DNA of 64,000 bases from Eubacteriales bacterium (GTDB lineage: Bacteria > Bacillota > Clostridia > Oscillospirales > QAKW01). This document shows positions 9,086 to 17,113 of the stretch, piece by piece. The stretch is from positions 6,701 through 70,700 of the forward strand of contig JAZQJG010000095.1 of the NCBI GenBank assembly GCA_045541535.1, written 5' to 3'. The notes beneath the pieces were generated by a model. The model saw only the letters and a program-made list of their open reading frames with translations. It searched no databases and was not told the origin of the DNA. Each line of letters starts with the position of its first letter. Within the stretch, counting starts at the first letter, position 1. The translations under genes were made by a program, and so were the position numbers.

Positions 9086-9258
9086 TGAGAAAGATCGTGG
9101 CAAAGGACGGTTGTTTTTGGACCAACGGGGTACAGATCAGCAGTGATAACGTGGTGTATCTCGGGGTAAAAGACAGCCCGGAGAACTGGCGGGAGATCAC
9201 CGCCGAGGAAAAGGCAGAGCGGGAGGAGCAGTATGAATTATCTGGTATATCCCTGTAA
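9085..9258 (+). CDS. Small hypothetical protein (possible fibre chaperone)
   Basis: ATG overlaps the upstream TGA. Contains VYLGVKDSPENWREIT. Confidence 0.5.
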   Translation: MRKIVAKDGCFWTNGVQISSDNVVYLGVKDSPENWREITAEEKAEREEQYELSGISL

Positions 9259-9940
9259 GAAAATGAAACTGACCCAGAATCACACCGACGGCAATCACAG
9301 GGCCCATTCGGCGGGAATCTCCGCCGATTATCCTGTGGATGAATGCTGTGGGGACACCGGCAGGGGCTGGTTTTACTGCCCTTGTGATGAAATGAAGGTG
9401 GTGAAGAAATACACCGCCGGGGTCAATACGGTGTGGCTGGAGAGCACGTCGCCGGTGGTGATGCCCGTGGGCAGCGCCTACGTCACCGTTATGGTGGAGC
9501 ATCTGAATGACGACGATATGGAAAAGCTGGCGGTGGGGCAGACCTTCCGAAGGGGAGAGAAAATGTTCCGTGAGGGCAAGGACGGCGCCACCGGCAATCA
9601 CTTCCATATGGCGGTGGGTACCGGTCACAAAAACGGTGGCGGCTGGAGTAAAAATTCCAAAGGCGCCTGGGTGCTGACCGTTACCGGCCGGCCCCTTACG
9701 GCCGACGAGGCCTTTTATCTGGAGGACACCGAGGTGATCAACGCCAAGGGGTATTCCTTTAAAACCAAACCGAAGGAGGAAAAAATGGATAACATTCCCG
9801 ATAAATACGCCGCCGCGGCGGTGGCGTGGGCGCTTCAGCAGAAGGTGCTGGTGGGCGATGAAAAAGGAGATCAGGGCTTGCATCAGCCCATTACCCGTCA
9901 GGATGCGGTGGTTATGATCTACCGTGCCATCGGTAAATAG
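9233..9940 (+). CDS. Endolysin-like M23-family peptidase with C-terminal SLH-like domain
   Basis: ATGNHFHM (HxH) motif and C-terminal YAAAAVAWA...G...PITRQDAVVMIYR. Adjacent to a holin. Confidence 0.7.
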   Translation: MNYLVYPCKKMKLTQNHTDGNHRAHSAGISADYPVDECCGDTGRGWFYCPCDEMKVVKKYTAGVNTVWLESTSPVVMPVGSAYVTVMVEHLNDDDMEKLAVGQTFRRGEKMFREGKDGATGNHFHMAVGTGHKNGGGWSKNSKGAWVLTVTGRPLTADEAFYLEDTEVINAKGYSFKTKPKEEKMDNIPDKYAAAAVAWALQQKVLVGDEKGDQGLHQPITRQDAVVMIYRAIGK

Positions 9941-9950
9941 GAGGATGAGC

Positions 9951-10385
9951 GTGGTGGAAAAAATCAAGATCGCAGGCGCCGTAATTTTTGGTCTGTTGAT
10001 CACCTATTGTCAGAAGTATTGGTTGCTGTACAGTCTGGTGGCGGTGGCGGTACTGATGGATCTTATCAGCGGTATGGCCGCCGCGGTGGTCAGCGGCGAG
10101 GGGCTGTCCAGTTCCTTGGCCCGCAAGGGGTTTGTGAAAAAACTGATGTTGTTGCTGGCGGTGGGCTGGGGCACCTTTTTGGACGTGCTGTTGCCCTACG
10201 CCGTCAGTGCTCTGGGGCTGGAGATACAGACGGGCTTGCTGTTTTCGGCGGTGATCTGCGTGTATATCTGCATCGGCGAAAGTATTTCCATTATGGAAAA
10301 CATCTGTCGGGCCACCGACCGTCAGCCGCCGGCCATCATTCGCAAACTGCTGGAGCAGGCGAGAGAAAAAATGGATGAAGAATAA
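9951..10385 (+). CDS. Phage holin (toxin secretion/phage lysis holin family)
   Basis: MDLISG...SS..ARKGFVKK...ESISIMEN motif and three hydrophobic segments. Start uncertain (9945, 9951 or 9954). Confidence 0.85.
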   Translation: MVEKIKIAGAVIFGLLITYCQKYWLLYSLVAVAVLMDLISGMAAAVVSGEGLSSSLARKGFVKKLMLLLAVGWGTFLDVLLPYAVSALGLEIQTGLLFSAVICVYICIGESISIMENICRATDRQPPAIIRKLLEQAREKMDEE

Positions 10386-10409
10386 TAGTTTGATGAGGAG
10401 ATTGGAATT

Positions 10410-10919
10410 ATGTTTGATGAAAATACGGTAAACGACGTACAGATGTCTGTCGTGGAGACATCAGAACCCACTTTGGAAAACAGTGGCTCGGAGGAGCAGA
10501 CGGCGGAGGTCACGGCCCGCCCCCAAAGCAGGGAGGAAAATGCTCATTTTCGTCGGATGCGTTTGGAAAACGAGCGCTTGCGAGCGGAAAATGAGGAGTA
10601 TGCGGCGGCAGCCATTCAGCGACAGATGGAGGAGGATCTGGCGGCCATCCGTCAGATGGCGCCCGAGGTCGTATCGTTGGAGGAATTGGGGGAGGAATTT
10701 GCCACCCTGATCGCCGCAGGTGTGAGCGCACCGGTGGCCTATGCCGCTCTGCAACAGGCCAAGCAGGGCAGTGTACCGCCCACCATGGGCGCCGTGAACG
10801 GTGAGAGCAGGGGAGAAAAGGCCTTTTATTCCCCCGCGGAGGTGGATGCGTTGAGTCCGGCACAATTGGCAGATCCCGGGGTCTGGGCCAGAGTGCGGGA
10901 ATCAATGACGAAATGGTAA
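10410..10919 (+). CDS. Putative capsid scaffolding protein
   Basis: Acidic, coiled-coil protein immediately upstream of the major capsid gene. Confidence 0.65.
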   Translation: MFDENTVNDVQMSVVETSEPTLENSGSEEQTAEVTARPQSREENAHFRRMRLENERLRAENEEYAAAAIQRQMEEDLAAIRQMAPEVVSLEELGEEFATLIAAGVSAPVAYAALQQAKQGSVPPTMGAVNGESRGEKAFYSPAEVDALSPAQLADPGVWARVRESMTKW

Positions 10920-10937
10920 AAACGAAAAGGAGAAAAA

Positions 10938-11756
10938 ATGAGCTATAACAATTTTAAACCCAGTGTTTGGAGTCAGTTTATTCAGAGAGAACTGGAGAAA
11001 AAGTGCCGCTTGGTAGAGGACTGCTGGAAGCAGTTTGAGGGCGAGGCCAAGCACGGCAAGCAGGTGAAAATTTTGGGTGTGGGCTCTCCCACCATCGGGA
11101 CCTACACCGGTCAGTCCATCGGCGCGCCCCAGGTGATGGACGACACCGTGATCAATCTGGATATTGATCAGGCCAAATACTTTAACTTTATGGTGGATGA
11201 CGTGGACCGTGCCCAGAGTGTGCCCGGTCTGATGGAGACTCTCATTAAGGAGGCCACCGCCAAGATGGCGCAGACCCGTGACAGCTACGTAGCCTCTCTG
11301 GCCGCCGAAAGCGAGCAGATGAGCGCCGCCACCGAGATCGGTACCCCCGAGGAGGCCAAGAAGGCCTTGGACGAGGCGCTGTTGAAGCTGCGTGAGAACG
11401 ACGTGGATCTGGAGGACGAGGTGGTCATTGAGGTGGCTCCCTTCTTCTATCAGTTGCTCAGAGACAATCTGGCGGCGGTGAAGACTGACAACGACGAGCT
11501 GATCGCTCACGGTGTGGTGGGAATGTACGACAACTGCCGTGTCAAGCTGTCCAACAATCTGTACAGTGACGGCACCGATACCTATATGATGGTTCGTACT
11601 AAGCGCGCTATTGCCTTCGCCGGCGCCATCGATCAGATCGAGGCCTACCGTCCCGAGACCCTGTTCAGCGATGCAATGAAGGGGCTCAACGTATACGGCG
11701 CCAAGATCGTGCGTCCCAAAGAGTTGTACGTAATCAAGGCCCACAAGGCTGCTTAA
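10938..11756 (+). CDS. Major capsid protein (HK97 fold, P22-coat-like family)
   Basis: FKPSVWS, VKILGVG, LDIDQAKYFNFMVDDVD and DAMKGLNVYGAKIVRP. Strong RBS. Confidence 0.85.
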   Translation: MSYNNFKPSVWSQFIQRELEKKCRLVEDCWKQFEGEAKHGKQVKILGVGSPTIGTYTGQSIGAPQVMDDTVINLDIDQAKYFNFMVDDVDRAQSVPGLMETLIKEATAKMAQTRDSYVASLAAESEQMSAATEIGTPEEAKKALDEALLKLRENDVDLEDEVVIEVAPFFYQLLRDNLAAVKTDNDELIAHGVVGMYDNCRVKLSNNLYSDGTDTYMMVRTKRAIAFAGAIDQIEAYRPETLFSDAMKGLNVYGAKIVRPKELYVIKAHKAA

Positions 11757-11758
11757 AC

Positions 11759-11785
11759 GGAGGGCGGGGGCAACCCCGCCTTCCC
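11759..11785 (+). terminator. GC hairpin after the capsid gene (partial terminator or stabiliser)
   Basis: GGAGGGCGGGG-gcaa-CCCCGCCTTCC with no long U tract. Confidence 0.55.
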
Positions 11786-11804
11786 TACGGGGAGGTGACT
11801 TTGA

Positions 11805-12332
11805 ATGACATTGGCGCAAGCCAAACGGATCGTCCGCTTTTTGTTGGATGCGGAGGTCTATTTTCAATATGAACATAAGCTGAACGCCTTTTTTGATCTG
11901 GGACAGAAGCGAATCGCCTGCACCACCGATTTTTTACAGGCGGAAAAAACGGTGGAAGCAGAGCGGGAAAGCGAAATTGATCTGGTGGCGCTGGACGACC
12001 GTTTTTACCGCCTGAAAAAGGTGGAGGGCGGCTCGTTTGAAAAACTGTCGCCCACCCGTATTCGTGTGGCGGCGGGTAATTATCGGTTGATCTACGAGCG
12101 GTATCCCGAGACCGTTGACGAGGAGACGACGGAGGAATACACCTTTGAGATCAGCGAGTTTGCCCAGACGGCGCTACCCTATTTTGTGGCCTCGCAAATC
12201 ACGGCGATGGAGCATGATCTGCGCTATCATCAGTTGTATGCCGATGAATTTGCCGCCATTTTGGAAAACGTGGCGGTGGCTCGCAAGGAAGGCAATCTGC
12301 ACGTGATCAGCACGGCGGGGTGGAGCAAATGA
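11805..12332 (+). CDS. Putative head-tail adaptor protein
   Basis: Position after the capsid gene. MTLAQAK N-terminal helix and ALPYFVASQ helical C-terminus, as in podovirus adaptors. Confidence 0.5.
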   Translation: MTLAQAKRIVRFLLDAEVYFQYEHKLNAFFDLGQKRIACTTDFLQAEKTVEAERESEIDLVALDDRFYRLKKVEGGSFEKLSPTRIRVAAGNYRLIYERYPETVDEETTEEYTFEISEFAQTALPYFVASQITAMEHDLRYHQLYADEFAAILENVAVARKEGNLHVISTAGWSK

Positions 12333-14371
12333 GATATTATGCAAGACGCAGAAATTATAATGCTCCTTCCGTCTATCTGCTGGGCGGCGGGGAACTGCAG
12401 GGAATGGATACCGGCAGTACCGTCTTACCGCCGGAGCGGGCGGCGCTGGCAGAAAATCTGTGGCGGGAGGCGGACGGCTGTGTTTGCAAGCGGCCCGGCT
12501 TTCGTTTGCAGGAGGATCTGCAGGTGGACGGGAAGATCCGCTGTGTCAGGGAATTCGGCGGGTATCGGTTTATCTACTACGAGAAAGAGCGAGGCGTGGC
12601 CTATTTACGACGGGAGCAGGGGAGTATACGGTTGGAACGACGGGTGAAGTCGCCGCTGACCATGCTCCCGTTCGGGGATCGGCTGTTGATTCTGACTCCC
12701 GGTGAATGGATCGTCGTGGACAGCGAAGGAAACATAAAGGCCCTGCGCAAGAATGGTGTTGCGTCGCTGAACTGGGACTGGGATGCACAACTTAATTTCA
12801 ACTGGAATCTGCGGCAGAGTGATCTGCGGGTGCCGCTGATCCGCAGTGGCTCCTCTCCCACGGGCAAGGGGTTGAATCTGCAACCGCCCAACGATCTGGT
12901 GCCGTTGGTACAGGAAAGCTTTGTTTACACCAAGAGTCATCAGGAGGCCAAGCGTAATCGGTTTTGTCTGCAAAAGCGGCCGGAGCTGATGGGCGCCTTA
13001 CCGGTGGACGAACAGGGAACGGCCCACGGTATCACCGAGGAGGAAAAGGCGATCCGTGTGGAAACGTTGGGGTTGAGCGCGCGGTTGGAGGTACGGTTGC
13101 TACGCACCGACGCCTATGGCAACACCACCGATTATTGGGCGGAGCGGCCGTGGGAGTATGCGGATAATATTTCCGCCACCGACGCCGCCTTCTGGATCCA
13201 CGGGATTCACGGAGCGGCGCTGGCTTACGACGGGGATGACAACGTGCGGATCACCTATTACGTGTCCCTTGCCGAGCAACGCAAAAAGGCGGAGAAGATC
13301 TTAAACGCCTTCTGTTATACGCTGTACGGCGTGGGCGGGCGGAAGGATCGGCTGTTTGCCGCCACCGACAATCAGATCTTTTACAGCGCCATGGACGATC
13401 CGCTTTATTTTTCCGAGCTGCAAAGGGTCACCTTGGGAGAGGGTGAGATTGGCATTCGGCTACTGGCAGGAGAGGATACGGTACTGACAGTATTGGCGGA
13501 TACGGGCGCCTGGCGGATCACCGGCAGTGCGGAAACGGAAGCCGGAGAATATGCGTTGGATGCCTATTTTTCCCTCTCTTTACGTCTGCCTTCCCCCAAG
13601 CCTGCCGGAAGGCAGTGTGTGGTAGCGGGCGGCGAGTTGTTGTTTTATTCCTACGAAGGATTGTGCGCGGTGACGCCCAGCGGTGTGTTGGACGAGCGAT
13701 GCGTGCAGATCCGTTCCCGTCGTCTGGAGGGATTACTGAAAAAAGAAAGTCCCGATGACATTCGTATGTATGCGTGGCAGAATTATCTGTTTCTGGCGGG
13801 GAAAAAGGGAATATATCTATTGGATTTACAACGTAAAGTCAAGGTCAGCGGCGACGCTTACAGCACCCACGGCTACGAGGGCTATTTCTGGCCGGGGATC
13901 GTGGCGGACAGCTTCGCTTCAGGCGATCGGCCGGCGATTTACAGCGAGGGATGCGCCTATATGCTGGCAAGCGGCAAGATATCAAGTGATTATCACGACG
14001 AGTGGTTGCTGGAGGGCAAATTACAGGAATTGCCCATTGCCGCCCGTTGGCAAAGCGGACGGATGATCGGTAATCCCGGTCGTTGTCAATGGTTTCGAGG
14101 GCTGATCTTGCATTGTGACGGGGCAACCGCTCTGCGCATCAAGGCGGAAGGGGAGCGGGGCGAGGTGACCCTGCACGATTACAGCGGGGCGCTGGGTGAA
14201 TTCCGCTATGGTTGGTTGTATTACGGACAACTGTATTACGGCTGTCAACCCAAAAGGGTGCGACGGTATCCCATCTCACTGTCCCACAGCCGATGGCTAC
14301 GGTTGACGCTGGAAAACGACGTGCCGGATCAGCCCTTCCGACTGCAGACCTACATCATTGAATATCAATAG
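12329..14371 (+). CDS. Putative tail nozzle/stabilisation protein (P22 gp10/T7 gp12-like beta-propeller)
   Basis: ~680 aa, beta-rich. AENLW...G.V.KRPGF N-terminal motif, RLF...IFYSAMDDPLYF, and position after the adaptor. Confidence 0.6.
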   Translation: MRYYARRRNYNAPSVYLLGGGELQGMDTGSTVLPPERAALAENLWREADGCVCKRPGFRLQEDLQVDGKIRCVREFGGYRFIYYEKERGVAYLRREQGSIRLERRVKSPLTMLPFGDRLLILTPGEWIVVDSEGNIKALRKNGVASLNWDWDAQLNFNWNLRQSDLRVPLIRSGSSPTGKGLNLQPPNDLVPLVQESFVYTKSHQEAKRNRFCLQKRPELMGALPVDEQGTAHGITEEEKAIRVETLGLSARLEVRLLRTDAYGNTTDYWAERPWEYADNISATDAAFWIHGIHGAALAYDGDDNVRITYYVSLAEQRKKAEKILNAFCYTLYGVGGRKDRLFAATDNQIFYSAMDDPLYFSELQRVTLGEGEIGIRLLAGEDTVLTVLADTGAWRITGSAETEAGEYALDAYFSLSLRLPSPKPAGRQCVVAGGELLFYSYEGLCAVTPSGVLDERCVQIRSRRLEGLLKKESPDDIRMYAWQNYLFLAGKKGIYLLDLQRKVKVSGDAYSTHGYEGYFWPGIVADSFASGDRPAIYSEGCAYMLASGKISSDYHDEWLLEGKLQELPIAARWQSGRMIGNPGRCQWFRGLILHCDGATALRIKAEGERGEVTLHDYSGALGEFRYGWLYYGQLYYGCQPKRVRRYPISLSHSRWLRLTLENDVPDQPFRLQTYIIEYQ

Positions 14372-14382
14372 GAGGGATACCT

Positions 14383-15045
14383 TTGACGATTATAGAAGCA
14401 TACGAGCGCTCGTATGCCCGAAGAAACCAGGGGGTGCGGCAAAAACTGGCCGCCAAAAAGAGCGCTTTACAAAAGAAAAAGCAACGGCTGTCGGTGGCGG
14501 GGGAGGAAGAAATGCGTTTGGCGTATGCCAAGCATATGCAGCTTTCTGCCCTGAAGGGACAGCAAAATCGGGCCAAGGGCCGTCACGGCGGCGCAGATGA
14601 AAATTCGGTGGCGGGATTGACCCAGAGTCACCGTCGTCAGCAGGAGCAACGCTTGCTCTCGGTGGAACAATCCAAGGCGGCGGTGGATAGTGAGATTCAA
14701 CAGGCTGAGGCTACGGCCCAGCGTTCCATTGCCAGCAACGAGCGGGAGCTGCAGCTTAAAAAGGATCAGCAGCAGATCAAGGAGGAGGCGGCCGCCGCCA
14801 AAGCGGCGACCAAAAGCTCCAAAAAGTCCGGAAGCAAGAGCAAGAGCAGTGTGGCCAAAACGGCATCCCAAAGCATCATTGAACAGATGCAGAAGGGAAA
14901 ATACAGCGAGGAATTTGCCGCTCAACTGGGCTGGACGGACGCCCAGGTACGGGCTTACGTTTATCAGGCTCGCAAAAATATTGCAGAGGCCAAGCGGGAG
15001 AAGGAAGGGCGGTTGCCCGGTACCTACAAGCCGGCCTTGCGCTGA
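14383..15045 (+). CDS. Basic coiled-coil protein, possible ejection/internal virion protein
   Basis: Q/K/A-rich helical protein with a GGAGGG RBS and TTG start. Last gene of the operon. Confidence 0.5.
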   Translation: MTIIEAYERSYARRNQGVRQKLAAKKSALQKKKQRLSVAGEEEMRLAYAKHMQLSALKGQQNRAKGRHGGADENSVAGLTQSHRRQQEQRLLSVEQSKAAVDSEIQQAEATAQRSIASNERELQLKKDQQQIKEEAAAAKAATKSSKKSGSKSKSSVAKTASQSIIEQMQKGKYSEEFAAQLGWTDAQVRAYVYQARKNIAEAKREKEGRLPGTYKPALR

Positions 15046-15095
15046 CAAACAAAAACACACTCTTGGAGCATGGCCCAAGAGTGTGTTTTTTGTTT
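15046..15095 (+). terminator. Terminator closing the phage-like operon
   Basis: AAAAACACACTCTTGG-loop-CCAAGAGTGTGTTTTTT. Confidence 0.85.
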
Positions 15096-15202
15096 ATATT
15101 ATACGAAAAAAATTCCAAAAGGTCTCACCTTGCAAAGAAGAATCTTAAATTTCTGTAAAAAGTATACAAAGGTCATAAAGAAATCTTGTAAAAGATGCCG
15201 TC

Positions 15203-15231
15203 TTGTCAAAACGCCTTTTATATTATAAAAT
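15203..15231 (+). promoter_or_regulatory. Sigma-A-like promoter for lipoprotein copy 1
   Basis: TTGTCA-17 bp-TAAAAT. Confidence 0.6.
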
Positions 15232-15281
15232 ATTTATAGCAAACGGAGTAGTCCGTAAAATGAAGAAAGGAAAGATGACCA

Positions 15282-16958
15282 ATGAAAAAAATGAGATCAT
15301 TGATCGTGCTGATGATCGTTCTGTGTATTGCGATGAGCATGATGGTCGCCTGCCGTCCCGCCGGTGAGGATGACGACGATATCATGTCCAACAACAATCC
15401 GACGGCAAACAACGGGGATAACCCCGGCGGTTCCGAAGGCGTGCTGGACGATGACGGTGACAACAACCCCTCCAACAGCACCAATACCAACACCCCTGGC
15501 AGCAACAACAGCAACACCCCCGGCAACAACAACAGCAACACTCCCGGCAACAACAATAACAACACCAACAATAATACGCCCGGCAACAATACCAGCGATA
15601 TTATCAGTAACCCCCTGATGAAGGAAGGCAAGAAGTACAACAACAACGCCGCCGTTTCCTTTGATCTGGATAAGACCGGTTTCTGTAAGAAGGGTACCCT
15701 TGCCGATCTGAAGGGCAAGACCCTGACCCTGTTTACCGGTGTAGACTACGGTATGTTCAGCTACTACAACAGCTCCAACAAGTACCTCAACGAGTGGGAT
15801 TGGTTTAAAGAGCTGAAGAGAACCTACGGCGTTACCATCAAGTACATCCGTTGTTCTCCCGGCGGCTCCAACGTTGTAAAGCCCTTCCAGGCAATGTCTG
15901 CCGGTAAGGACTGCGACTTGATCACCACCCACGTTGCTTCCTTCCCCTACATCTGCAACATTCTGGCTCCGCTGGATGATTATTGCAACTTCAGCAAGCT
16001 GGAGAATTCTCCCGGTCTGGATCCCCAGTCCACCCAGTTGACCCGTTGGAAGGGTAAAAACATCGTTCTGGGTCCCTGCCTGGATAACGGTTGCTTTAAC
16101 TACAACGCCACCTTCGTTAAGAATGCAGGTCTGGAGGATCCCTACGATCTGTGGAAGAAGGGCGAGTGGAACTGGACCAACTTCAAGAAGTATATGACCG
16201 GTTTGCCGGATACCACTGCGCAGGGTAAGGTCGTTTACGGCTGTGCTACCTGGTCTCAGTATTGGTACTGGGCAAATACTAACGGTGTTCCTTGCTTCGC
16301 CATCAACGGTGACGATCCCAACGGCGGTATCGTTAACAACTGGGATTCCGCAGAAGTTAAAGAGACTTACGTTTGGATGGAAGGCGTTATGGATGCCGGC
16401 GGTAACTACTACAGCGGTTCCGGCGGTGAGTTCTTCTGGAACACCCATAAGACCCATTATCTGGTTATGAATTACGGTACTTGCGGTGTTGACGTCGTAG
16501 GTATTCTGGAAGAGGAGAATAAGACCAACGATTACAGATGGTGTCCCTTCCCCAAAAACGAGAAGAATTCCAAAGCCGTTAACCACGTAGAGGTTTACGG
16601 TCGTTGTATCGGTATTCCCAGAAAGACCAATAAAGAGCAGAACAGAATCGCTGCCGTTAAATTCTGTGAGCTGTGGTGTAACCGTTATACCGAGGCCAGA
16701 TTTGACGCAATGATCACCCGCTCCAAGATGTCCTATGCCGAGGTTAAGGAGTTCTATGACTTCTCCAAGACCAACGGTAGAATGGGTATGGGCTCCGGTG
16801 TTGGTAAGCTGGCCTCCTTTGCAGGCTCCGGCACCAACGGTACCGACTTCAATATGTCCATTACCGACGCAGGTAAGTCTGTTGCAACCAGTATGGCAAA
16901 GCTTTCCAACTACGCTAAGCAAGAGGTTGCCAACGTTCTGAAATTCGGTATTCAGTAA
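15282..16958 (+). CDS. Lipoprotein, extracellular solute-binding-protein-like (copy 1, Asn-rich linker)
   Basis: Lipobox MMVA-C24, N/T/P/G linker, and YNATFVKNAGLEDPYDLWKKGEWNW motif of clostridial family-1 SBPs. Confidence 0.8.
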   Translation: MKKMRSLIVLMIVLCIAMSMMVACRPAGEDDDDIMSNNNPTANNGDNPGGSEGVLDDDGDNNPSNSTNTNTPGSNNSNTPGNNNSNTPGNNNNNTNNNTPGNNTSDIISNPLMKEGKKYNNNAAVSFDLDKTGFCKKGTLADLKGKTLTLFTGVDYGMFSYYNSSNKYLNEWDWFKELKRTYGVTIKYIRCSPGGSNVVKPFQAMSAGKDCDLITTHVASFPYICNILAPLDDYCNFSKLENSPGLDPQSTQLTRWKGKNIVLGPCLDNGCFNYNATFVKNAGLEDPYDLWKKGEWNWTNFKKYMTGLPDTTAQGKVVYGCATWSQYWYWANTNGVPCFAINGDDPNGGIVNNWDSAEVKETYVWMEGVMDAGGNYYSGSGGEFFWNTHKTHYLVMNYGTCGVDVVGILEEENKTNDYRWCPFPKNEKNSKAVNHVEVYGRCIGIPRKTNKEQNRIAAVKFCELWCNRYTEARFDAMITRSKMSYAEVKEFYDFSKTNGRMGMGSGVGKLASFAGSGTNGTDFNMSITDAGKSVATSMAKLSNYAKQEVANVLKFGIQ

Positions 16959-16964
16959 AATTTT

Positions 16965-16993
16965 AAAAGAGACGTCTTCGGACGTCTCTTTTT
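16965..16993 (+). terminator. Terminator
   Basis: AAAAGAGACGTC-ttcg-GACGTCTCTTTTT. Confidence 0.9.
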
Positions 16994-17113
16994 CTTGTGC
17001 ATATTAACTAATGTCAGTCATCCTTTTTTGTCAAAATTGCCAACTGTAATCCGGTAAAAATGTGTGTTATAATGAAACCGTATTTATAATATAGAAGAAA
17101 GGAAACAAAGCAT

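Larger units (their letters stand above)
4566..15045 (+). mobile_element. Phage-derived head/packaging/lysis operon without integrase or replication genes (GTA-like candidate or minimal prophage remnant)
   Basis: 14 co-oriented, tightly coupled ORFs including TerL, portal, capsid, holin and lysin, flanked by terminators and host genes. Confidence 0.75.

Noticed and set aside
9945-9956. Dual-start holin/antiholin motif (ATG-AGC-GTG-GTG)
   Set aside because: Several starts are possible, but no charged residue lies between them and the ATG abuts the RBS, so support is insufficient.
4566-15045. Tailocin, contractile injection system or encapsulin
   Set aside because: No sheath, tube, baseplate or tape measure is present. 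Terminase and portal imply DNA packaging rather than a protein nanocompartment.
4120-15280. Complete inducible prophage or PICI/satellite
   Set aside because: No integrase, repressor, primase/replication gene or flanking att repeats were recognised, and host genes abut both sides. A split or decayed prophage cannot be fully excluded from this window alone.
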